The position numbers and the translations under genes are program-made. 64,000 nucleotides of DNA from Podospora anserina. Lineage: Eukaryota. Below, piece by piece: positions 41,832-52,257 of the stretch. Numbering within the stretch: the stretch's first letter is position 1; every line of letters starts with the position of its first letter. The stretch spans positions 1,488,001-1,552,000 of the forward strand of contig CM030337.1 of NCBI GenBank assembly GCA_017654855.1, written 5' to 3'. Under the pieces are notes generated by a model. That model was not told where the DNA came from and did no database searches. It saw only the letters and a program-made list of their open reading frames with translations.

Positions 41832-42289
41832 GATAGAGAAAGGGAGTTTGATGGAGCTTCCGAGAGATACTGGATGTTGCTGATCCTAACTCTGTCGATA
41901 AGTCGCCCTGTCGCTTGATGCTTCAACGAATCTCGGCGGTAAGGATACGTCCGGGGAACTGACATCAAAGGATGACGAGAGAAACAGCAAAGAGTTTGGA
42001 ACTTTCAATAGGCTGCAAGAATTTGTAGGGTGTGGCTTTCAAATATCAAACTGTATTCTTGTTCCAGCCCAGGGCTTGCACAAAGTTTCTGCCTGGTTAT
42101 CCACCCCGTGGCCCTGCTCCCCAGCCTCCATGCCGCCATTGTCAAATCTAGTGCACAACTGCGCCCACAGAATTAAATTCAAACAGTTTTGGCTTTGTGG
42201 CTCGAAAATATCTTTTCAATTTGACGCTTTCCGATATGGAGCCTATCAGGTTACTGGGTCTGGTTGGAAACAAGGTGCGGCAGGAACTG

Positions 42290-42897
42290 GTATGGCAGTG
42301 ACCTCAAGACCTTCCTGTCCCTTCGAATCTGTACCCAACTGAAAGAAACAGTAAAATTCATCAACGACAACGCCATAGCCAAACGAAGAGGGCTAAGAAC
42401 GCATCCAGGAAGAAGAGGGACCAGAAGGCCGGTTCAAAAATGGGGAACCCACAACCTTTGTATGTGGCGGCAAACTGTGAAAGCAAGCCCCGACTCTACA
42501 CGAAATTACGTTGGCACAAAGTGTGGCAAGCAATGGTTGGAGCAGTAGTTATACCTTAATTGTTTTGCGTTAATCCTTCTCACCAGAGACAGCAAGCAAA
42601 TCCAGCCGAAGAACTCTGGCAATCGAAGCATCAAGAGACGAGCCAATATCCATTCAAATCCAAGAATGCAGGGAGCAGGCATATAAATATGCTCTCGAAG
42701 CGGTGCAATTACCGCCCATAAACCCACAGGAATATCAAGCGCGCCTTGAGAGGGAGTTTGACGAGGCAATGGAAGAGCGTAGGAAAAAAAGGATTGAAGA
42801 GACCATACTACAGCAAGAAAAACGAGGTCTGAATGTGAAGGCGGGGGGACGCGTGACTTGGGCCAAGGAAGAAGAAAATGAACTGGAAAATGAGTAA
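42290..42897 (+). pseudogene. Possible relic of a charged coiled-coil protein gene
   Basis: The frame 42587-42897 reads as E/R/K-rich helix (EYQARLEREFDEAMEERRKKRIEETILQQEKR) after an acceptor-like CTCACCAG. Upstream frames do not splice into it without a stop. Confidence 0.3.
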
Positions 42898-43528
42898 TGA
42901 CTCTGCCCGGTGACGGGAGACAGTCCAAAGCAGGATCATCTGGACCATCAAGGTTGAGGTAGAGATTGGTATAGAGAGCATCGGTACATTAAATAAATTA
43001 GACATCCAAAGTCAACAACCTCTTCACCCTGAGATCCTGACGTGATTTGATTACCTTGATCGCGGACTGTTAAATCTCTAGATTCTTTGTTTGATTAGCT
43101 GGTCCAAGAACTTCATGAATTAAATTCAAGGTCGACAGGAGCCATTGATTCAATAGTGAACTTCTTGGTGTGTATCAAGTCTCCCAGCTATCAAAGTTAG
43201 GAAGTAACCATCTATTTATCTATCCAAGCTTTTACTCTTTATTGTCTAATTTTCGGATAGATATTATCTAAACTTTTCATATCTAAGATCCAAGCTTACA
43301 ACTTATTTCCACTTTGAGTCAAACGACGTATCTTGACACGTAGCTCATCTGTGGGAGGTAATACTCCTGTGGGATTAGTCAAGCAGGTTGCTCCAGGGCT
43401 TCGGCCTTGAGGCCCACTTGCCAATGTGAAGGATAAAGAAAGGTTTTTGCTCTCCGGAGCTGTTTGTTTTAGTACCCAATAATATCATAAACTATTTTAC
43501 AAATCCTCGCAGCCGTATAATATCATTA

Positions 43529-45373
43529 ACGTAGATTATAAGCGAGTGACCCACTTCCTTCGTAACATAATACCTTCGCACTCAACAACAATTTCCTTAA
43601 CCATCCAAGATGCCTTCTAATTTAAATGAAGCCCATATAATTTTAGCCCTCTAAACACTTTAAAACGACAAGAATCTAAGCAAACGAGCCGTAGCTAAGA
43701 TCTATAGAGTCGATCGTAAGACTCTAGGGCGTCGGCGCGCTGGCTGGCCTGCACGACGTAATATTACGCCTATATTAAAAAAACTTACTTAATCCGAAAA
43801 GGAAGTTATTATTTAATACATTATTAAACTATATACGTAAGCTTTTTTACTAAAATTATATAGTATAAAAGATATAGCTAATTAATTATTATACGTACGC
43901 GACGCGCCTCTTATTAGTAAGCTCTAGGTATATAACTTCGTTAAACGTTAGTTATAACTCTATACGCGTTTTACATATAAATACGATTATTAAAGGACTA
44001 AGTACGAAAATTTAAAGGTTATTACCGAGTAGTTTACGCTTATACGGAATATTAAAGCTAAATATAATATTATAAATAATAATATTTATAATTTCGACGA
44101 AACTAGGTTTATAATAAATATTATTTTTATAAATATAGTAATTATAATCTCGAACAGCTTTAATAAAATAAAACTAATTTAGTTTAATAACCGCGAATAA
44201 GTAACTGTAATTTAAAAAATTAATATCCTTGGTTAGGCTATCCCACCTTTTATTATTTTAATCGCGTAATATTATTTTATTAATTAATATATTAAATATA
44301 ATTTATTATTTATTTAATATATTATAATTATTAATAATAATTAAATTATTAATATAATAAATTTAAATTAAATTAAGTATTTCGATTATTATACGGCGCC
44401 CCGTATAAAAAGTAAATACCAGTTATTAATCTTCGATAATTATAAAAGTTATTACTTAACCGAATTTAAGTATTATTATTAATAAAATAATATTATTACG
44501 TTTTATATACCTTTATATTCTTCCTACTTCCTTTAGTTACTCGATATTAATTACTTTAAACCGTTAAAATAAATATATAATTATTAAATCGAGGATTTAA
44601 TATATATATATATTAATTATATAAATAAGTTCGAGTTCCTTTATACTTTCCGCGAAACCTTTTTCGCCTTTATAATAGAGAAAAATATATAAAGAAGCTT
44701 TACGGGTACTAACTTTATACTATATAATTTAGAGAAAGTATTTTTTAAACTAAATATAAAGCTTCGTACGTTAATACCTTTAAACTTACGGCTCGGTATT
44801 ATATAACCTTAGGTCTCTTAAATACTATATAACTTTCGAGAAACTAACTTATAGTTAATATTTATTAAGACTCGTATTATTAATTATTAAAATAGCTCCC
44901 CGACTTTAATATTAATTACAGTAAACTAATTTACTAAAGATATAACGGTTATAATATATTAGGTGGCTCTCTTTCGTGCAAAGGTCTTTTCGCTCCGTAA
45001 GGCTAATAAGGCACTAAGTAAGCGCCGGAGAACCAAAAAAACACGTGTAAGGCTTGGAGGGTCACTTACTATATAAGAGGTACAGGATCTACTAGATCAG
45101 AAGGCTGTAGATAGGGAGGAAGTGTAAAAAACGTAGCTAGATAGTAGTAATATAGGAGGAGATCGTGCGAGGGTTCGGTGCTATAGTGTGTGCGGCAAGC
45201 CTAGCCATAACGCGCGCACTTGCCAAGAGGCTGGGGAATCATCTGATTCAGCCGTTTTTAATATAATTGTAGTTACTTCCTAGTGTTATTGCAGTATAAT
45301 TGAGGATAGTTTGTTACGGTGTGGTGGGAAGTGGGTCACTCGCTTATATGGGTCACTCGCTTATAATATACGT
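43529..45373 (+). mobile_element. Fot1/pogo-family (Tc1/mariner superfamily) DNA transposon, 1845 bp, inactivated by RIP
   Basis: TA duplication at 43527-28 and 45374-75. TIRs ACGTA[G/T]ATTATAAGCGAGTGACCCA. Interior is strongly AT/TpA-rich. Confidence 0.93.
43610..45283 (+). pseudogene. Degenerate Fot1-type DDE transposase
   Basis: N-terminal HTH-psq-like sequence (IILAL*TL*NDKNLSKRAVAKIYRVDRKTLGRRRAG), a decayed YNFDETRF motif and a C-terminal zinc knuckle (C..VCGKPSHNARTC). Many TAA/TAG stops. Confidence 0.9.
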
Positions 45374-45743
45374 TATATTGAAATAGTGAGAAAACACACA
45401 AGACAAAACAACCACAACACCACAAATATACCCTTAACAGGTCCCTGAATGAACACACCTGCGTGACAGTGACTCGCTCGCAGGCCGCACTTCACGCAGG
45501 ACAAAGAAAAGACACTATGGGCTCGCAGGCCACATAATAAGCACCGAATTGGCCTGATCAGAGGACCAGAATTGCCTGCACGCGTGCAAGGCACAAAATA
45601 CGAAGAAAAATAAAAGTCGATGATTTGTCTAAAATAGAATGTCCGAAGCAGACCGCTTATATACATGACCCCTGAACCCCTGAGTCCTCCGAGAGCCCCG
45701 CTTCCTTACTCATACTCTCAGGCCTGTGGCCGCACCCCAAACC

Positions 45744-45788
45744 AGTACTTAGGTAGGTGACCACTGGGGAATCTTCGGTGTTATATGT
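45744..45788 (+). rRNA. Truncated 5S rRNA gene (3' ~45 nt only; pseudogene) with Pol III T-run
   Basis: AGTACTTAGGTAGGTGACCACTGGGGAATCTTCGGTGTTATATGT+TTTT matches the Pezizomycotina 5S 3' end pattern AGTA..GGTGGGTGACCAC....GAATCC....TGTTGTATGT apart from transitions. No 5' half was found in the window. Confidence 0.8.
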
Positions 45789-46084
45789 TTTTAAATAAAA
45801 AATAAACTTTTTTTAAATTTATTTTTTACTTATTTTTTAATTTTTTTTTACATATTTTTTACATATTTTTTACATATTTTTTTACTTATTTTTTACTTAT
45901 TTTTTACTTATTTTTTTTAGTTATTTTTGATTTATTTTTGATTTATTTTTTACTGATTTTTTATTTATTTTTTATTTATTTTTTATTTTTTTTTTATTTA
46001 TTTTTGATTTATCTTTATTTATTTTTTATTTAAATTTTTTTATTTATTTTTTTTTTATTTAATTTCTTTTATTTAATTTTTTTT
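45789..46084. repeat. ~300-bp T-rich low-complexity tract of degenerate TTATTTTT/TTTTACATA/TTTTACTTA units
   Basis: Almost G/C-free with a strong T bias on the + strand. Confidence 0.95.
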
Positions 46085-46592
46085 GGCAGTGTTATTCAGT
46101 GTTAGGCTTCGAGTAAAGTGTGATTAAAGGTACTTTTGCGGCTCTGCTGGCTGCAGTTCGGTGTACAAGCTCACTATCCCATAGATAATCCTTCAGCTGT
46201 GATTTGAAAACGAAACTTTCGGTGGTCTGTGCTGACTTTTTCTCCTCTGGACTTCAAAAGGCTCTTAACGTGGGAAAATAGCCCTCGAGAGTGTATTAAT
46301 TGAGCTAAAAGCAGTCTCCCGTCGCTATGGTTACATAGCCGTGCTGTCGAGAGATGGAAAGAAAGCCTTGGCAAATGCTTTCGAGTCCTTTGCCTTCTGT
46401 GACGAACCCCTGTACAGAACCTCTGAAAGGGATACTGGTTGAAGGTAACTTCTGACAATTGGTTCGGTGCAGCTAAACAGTGCACAACAAGATGTCTCAA
46501 TGTAAACACAAGATACCGTGAAAACAATTGTGAATTGCATACTGCGGAACTGTCTATCTACACCAGCCGGTTCCTCCATATATATAGACCTG

Positions 46593-46690
46593 TTTATCAC
46601 CATTATCACCAGTGATAATGTCGATTATCACTCGTCGTTCACCGAAGGCTGGTGATAATCGCGATTATCACCCTTGGCGCTAGTGATAAT
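46593..46690. repeat. Cluster of seven RGTGATAAW motifs arranged as inverted pairs
   Basis: CATTATCAC-ca-GTGATAATG, AGTGATAAT-gtcg-ATTATCACT and the perfect 22-bp palindrome GGTGATAATCGCGATTATCACC (46651-46672). Confidence 0.85.
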
Positions 46691-47223
46691 CTGACTTCCC
46701 CACTTTTCCCTTCCTAGTGGTTGGACGGGTCGCGCCCCGCGCTCCCCACTTATGTCAGGTCCGTGACACCTTCCCGTTTGCCCATATTACAAAAAACTAT
46801 TTAGAGGACAATCCAGCATAGCAGAAGAAAAAGCTAGCACGGGCCACCGAAAGTTTTGTTTTTAAATTTACGGAGGTACAGTTTTATTTAAAAGGAAAGT
46901 TGTGATTGGTTGGAACTGGCACTGTGCGGACCCTTCACTTTTGGCACGGTGTTGCCGACCTGCTTGGTTTGAACCTCAGCATCAGGATACACTGAGCCGC
47001 GGGGAAAGCAGGTGGAATACATCCATCCGTGTGTATATTTCATCAGGCTGGTTCTACTTACGTCTAGCTTCAATTCTTTTGCACGGTTGAGAATCTTATT
47101 GATGTGGAGGTTGCAGAGGCGTCGACTAAAAGTTTTTGACTCACTCGGCGAGCGTTTTCCAAGGCCCAACAGTCACTCATTATCTTAACCTCGACCAGTG
47201 GAAAGAGCGACCAAACTTCTCAC

Positions 47224-48989
47224 ATGCACATTCGACTGGGAATCACACAGGGATTCCGGTCGTTCAGGCACCCGCCTCGAGAGCTTGGTAGCGTTTTCTT
47301 TCTGATGAAACGCAGGTACTGCGACAGCACATCGAAACATAGCTTATCCTCCCCACCTGCTAAGAAACATCGGCCATATACCGCAACAATGGTTTCCCGC
47401 ACCATCACCCTCACCGAGCAGGAAGAACAGCTCAAGCGCCTCCTTGTAGACGTCGCGCGCTACATTGACTCTTCTTCCAGCGAGAACAGCCCGACTATCC
47501 TCCGCTGGGCTGGTGGCTGGGTTCGCGATAAACTACTTGGAATTAAGAGCCACGACATCGACACGGCTATCAACAACTTGACCGGTGAGGCCTTCGTTGG
47601 AAAGCTTCGTGACTATGTCGAGATCCCAGGCAACAAGCAGCTACACAACCTGATGGACTCCGACATTGGCCGCCTTCACACTGTGGCCCGCAACCCAGAC
47701 AAGTCGAAGCACTTGGAGACCAGCACCATCAAGCTCTGCGGGTTGGACGTGGACTTTGTGAACTTGCGGAAGGAAACATACTGCGAGAACAGCAGGAACC
47801 CCGAGGTGGAGTTTGGGAAGGCCGAGGAGGATGCTGCTCGCCGAGATGCGACCGTCAATGCTCTCTTTTACAACTTACAGACGGGCGAAGTGGAGGATCT
47901 TGTCGGGGGTCTGCCAGATCTGGGGGCGGGGATTATTCGGACACCAATGGAGCCACTGCAGACCTTCATGGACGATCCCCTTCGTGTATTGAGACTGGTG
48001 AGGTTTGCTAGTCGACTGGGGTTCAAAATCGACAAGGCGGCAGAGGAGGTTATGGCGGATGAGAATGTGCTGAGAAACTTGAAGATCAAGATCAGCAGGG
48101 AGAGGATTGGTGTGGAGTTGGAAAAGATGCTCAAGGGTAAGATCCAGACGACATTTTACAGAAGTGAAAGGCACAATAATGCTAATATTGTCTTTCAGGC
48201 AAACACCCGGTCGAGTCCCTGAGGCTGATCAACAGGTTGGGGCTTTACCATGCTGTGTTCACTGTACCGGAACGAACCGACATGCCAAAGCCAGATATCT
48301 CCAAGTGGGACCGCGCATATGAATGCTTGGTCTTCCTTGAGAGCAACAACACTCCTGGTTCCATCTGGGAGTTGCTCGTCACCACAGAGGAAGCGAGATA
48401 TTTCGCCTGGTCATTGGCCACCATCACGCCTTGGGAGCAACTTCCTGATGATCCCCCTCTCAAGTCAGGAAAGTTAGCCATGCCCCTTGCTACTCAAGCC
48501 GCGAGGGAAGGATTCAAGGCACCCAACAAGCTATCTGACGTGATCACTGCCGCCCATCGGCACCGTCCTGCTATTCTGGAGCTCAAGGCACTTGTTGATG
48601 AGAACAAGGATGAAATGAAGGATAGGGCAAAGTTTGGTATGGCGATCAGAGAGTGGGACTCAAGAGCCAAGGGTAGCTGGCGTCTACAAGTTCTTTACTC
48701 GATCTTGGTTGATGTTCTAGAAGGATCAACGAGCCGGGAAGAGATTCTGATGGGATGGCTGCGTTTCTTGGACCACCTGGTAGAACTTGATCTGATGCAT
48801 GTCACGAAACTCGACAGGATCATTGATGGAACTGACCTCTCGAAGGCACTTGGAGTTAAGCCAGGGAGGTGGATGGGTGCGGCGCTCGAAGTTGTGATGG
48901 AGTGGCAGTTAAGGAACCCAGGGGTCGAGGATCCAGCAGGAGCAGTTGAGGAGGTGAAGAAGCGGCGGGTTGAGTTGGGGATTAAATAG
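47224..48989 (+). CDS. CCA1: CCA tRNA nucleotidyltransferase; exons 47224-48136, 48199-48989
   Basis: RWAGGWVRDKLLG..SHDID, DVDFVNLRKETY, EEDAARRDATVNALFYN, DDPLRVLRLVRFASR and KISRERIGVE. Confidence 0.95.
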
Positions 48990-49314
48990 GCAAGAGAGTG
49001 ATAAAAAATACATCATGAGTTGAATATTTTATATTTTGTGTCTTGGTTTGAACCTGAGGTTGGCCTTTGTTTTCTGTTTCCCGAATTTGGCGGGTGTAGA
49101 GCGCTGTAATTATAGCGGTTAACGCCCCCACCAGAGCAGATGGGAGGGCTTTCCTCAGATTTTCGCAAGGCTCTCACAACCACTCATCAACAACCTCAAC
49201 ACAGTTGCCATTTCAGACCAGTAGCGCTGACCTTGAGGACCGGAATCAAACTTTACGCGTTACTTCATATTTTATTTCTCAACAACTTCAAGCGCTTGTC
49301 TCCTTGTCAGAATC

Positions 49315-51318
49315 ATGTCCTGGTACAAGGTGCTGCTTGATGCGGCGTCGGCAATGAATGAGAAGCCAGACTCAATTGGAGATGCGATCCAGGCTTTATC
49401 ACAGGGTATGAATCCTAATGAACATGATCAGCCGTGATAAGGCAGTAACAACTAACTGGTAATGTATAGAGGTCCCGGATTCGATAACACTTGATGAGCT
49501 GCTCACGGGGGTGAGTGAGACTGTTGCCTCATCTGACAAGACGAGGCCCGAGGTCAGTAGGCCCGTCAACTCAACAACGAGTATTACAGAATGACTGACA
49601 TGCGAAACTAGAACACAGAAAGGGTGCAAAAGGCCTTGGTGGTTGCACTCACATGTCTGCAACAGCCAGACAGGATACAAGAGAAAGCAAGCGACCAGGC
49701 CACTGCACAGGAGCTAGCGAGAGTAATATCAACAGCAATTGCGCCTGTTTTGCCTGTTCTCAACGACGACAATGGCTTACCAGCATGTATGTTTGAACTG
49801 CCTTCTACTATATGGACTCTGGTCAAGCCTAACTGGATGTAGCCTTCAATGATGCTCTGTCCAACAACAGCAAAGCCCTCAATACCCACTGCAAAGCCGC
49901 CTCCACGATAGGTCTCCAATGCCTAGAAGCCATCGACAATGTTTTCAATCCACCCACCCTGGACGACGACACTCTCCTCACTCTCATTGCCTACTGTCAC
50001 CCCGACCAAAACTGGTCTGATGATCCCACCAAAATTGCCAAGATAGCCGCCGCCATTCTCAAGACTTACCCCTTCCCCAATAAAACCGACTTCATCACCT
50101 CTACAATCCTCCAGTCGTATCTCCGGCCTCTTTTCTCAAAGTCTAAACCGTCTACTATCACCTCTTCAGGCCGCAAAGCAGAATACCAAACCGACAACTC
50201 CCGAGATGGCATCCCCGACGACACCGCTGCAACTAAACCATGGAAGTTTACTGACCTTCGCTCCATTCCGGTGTTCTCATGGGCAGTGACAGAAGCTAAT
50301 GTACGTATCATCTCCTATATCTTGTCCTGTCTCACGCAAGAGTGGCACTCGTATAAAGAGGCATGTATCACTTTGGTACTGTCACTAACCTTCCTTGAAT
50401 GACAAAACAGAACGCCCTGATAAGCACCCACTGGCCCTCCTATATCCCCGTCCTCCTAACCCTCGCTGACGACTCCACCACCCCCATCCGCCAAACCGGC
50501 CTCAACATCCTATCCAACTTCCTCACCAAGATCCCCGCCAAAACCCTGCAGGACACCGGTCTAGGCCAAGTCTTTGCCGATGCTGTATTTCCAACACTGT
50601 CTTACCTTCCTTCTTTAACACCCGAGGATGAATCCCTTCAGCTCTTGGAACCAGCCTACAAAGCTTTGCTAGTTTTGGCAGGGAAGCAGTCCGCCACAGG
50701 AGGCAAAGAGGGGAGAGGTAGTAGTCCCAGGCACAAGCTACTCGACCACCTGATCCGCGAGGGCATCTTCACAGGGTACCTTCACGCCAAAAACCATGTC
50801 AGGATTGTCGAGCTGCTCTGTCGAGAGACGGTGGAGATTGTAGACGCGATGGGGGTTCATGCTGTTAAACATCTCAAGGTACTTCCTACCCGTTTTTATC
50901 TCTGATTTTCCGATTCACAACGCTGACCAACCTAAAGGATATGATTCCCATGATCTCCGCCATCCTCACCGACCCATTCGCTTCCGCCGCACCGCGGACT
51001 CTCCTCTCCGCTGTCAAAGCACTCCAGGCGGTTCTGAGGAACTGCTGGCCCAGGCTTATGACTGGGTCGGTTTGGCAGGATGAGATTATTAACGCGCTTG
51101 TAATGTGCTGGCTGAATCTTGATGAGCCGACTAACAACATCAGTGACGACAGCCTGGAAGAGGTTAGAAAGGAACTGGTTACTTCTTTCCAGGCTTTGTC
51201 TGCTATTGCAAGGACAGAGGGGACGGACCTCTCTGCGAGGGTTGAGCCATTGGTGGCGAAGGCTGGGTCTTTGGCTGGGTTGTTTTTGGGTCTGGTTGAT
51301 GATGATATGGGGTTTTGA
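49315..51318 (+). CDS. Tti2-like (TTT complex) HEAT-repeat protein, multi-exon; internal exon boundaries approximate
   Basis: YLRPLFSKS..TITSSGRKA, KPWK, HWPSYIPVLLTLADD, LSYLPSLTPEDES, VKHLK and VLRNCWPR. Several canonical introns. Confidence 0.7.
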
Positions 51319-52165
51319 GTGTACAATGAATAAGGCACCTGCCAGTATCATGAGCAATACGGATGATATACTCTTCTCGGATATGAAAGGGTCCCAGCAC
51401 TGCAAGTCAGCCAAACGTGTAGTAATCGTTACAGCAGGACACAAGCCTCTGAGTTATCCTTGGAGGGCTATGAACCATCTTTTAAGATCTATCAACATTT
51501 CTTCAACATATATTAACTCTCTTACGACGCCTGCTGACTATCTTTCAAGGCCTTCCACTTATGTTTTGAGGCGTAGTTCAAAATACTATGCAGTGTTAGA
51601 TAACTTTGTAGCGCCGCTGATTTATCTATAGCGTAAGACCACTTAACTTCTCCAAATCCAATCGTGATGGCCCTGCCCGATTCCCATAATAAAAGTAGAC
51701 CTATACAAGGCCTATAACAACAAACATAATAGAATAGTAAAAGCTGAGACAAAAGACAGAAAAGGTTAATACTAATGACTGGGAGAGCTGGAATCAAAGA
51801 CTGAAAAAGCCCCGCCTAAAGACTGCGAAATTGAGACCAAAACTGGAACAGCTGGGCTCAAAGACTGAAAGCTAATAGGTACAACCGAAATAGGGAATCA
51901 CAGACATATCCATCGTACACTCCATTCTGGTATCAAGTAAGGTATCCATAACACTGTCATCACTACATTAAACCGCCCCCCCCCCTACTTCCCAACCCCA
52001 ATCCTCCTTCTCAAACTCAACGGCTCCAACCTCCTAGCAACTTGCACCACCCCATTCGAAGAAAACAACGTCTCCAACGACCTCATCTTCAGCCCCACGC
52101 TGATAAGCCCACTCCCCCCACCACTCCTCCCCCTCGCACCACTCGCCCTCTCCAAACAAGAAGCC

Positions 52166-52206
52166 CCACCACCACCACCACCACCACCACCACCACCACC
52201 ACCACC
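52166..52206. repeat. (ACC)~13 microsatellite downstream of FIG4
   Basis: Direct reading. Confidence 0.9.
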
Positions 52207-52257
52207 GCTTGCCCCAAACGTTCCCCCCACCCCGCCTTTCCCCCCAACCTCAGACTC

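Larger units (their letters stand above)
42950..45600 (-). pseudogene. Multi-exon pseudogene with N-terminal CxxC..CxxC-x6-C motif, interrupted by the Fot1/pogo element and carrying many stops
   Basis: Phase-consistent model: exon ending 45459 (RCLLCGLRAHSVFSLSCVKCGLRASHCHA), exons 43525-43501 and 43459-43422, then from 43366 (GVLPPTDELRVKIRRLTQSGNKL*AWILDM...). TATA-like TATATAA on the minus strand near 45660. Confidence 0.4.

Noticed and set aside
45751..45756. AGGTAG as a possible Enterprise-type Starship target site
   Set aside because: AGGTAG is frequent throughout the window, and here it is explicable as a mutated 5S base; no captain recombinase gene is present.
46177..46188. TCCCATAGATAA resembling internal 5S sequence
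   Set aside because: Only 12 nt, lies downstream of the 3' half, and the flanks do not match 5S.
46174..46609. Two overlapping minus-strand ORFs and a CAGTGTT hAT-like end near 46087
   Set aside because: No transposase motif and no matching inverted terminus found.
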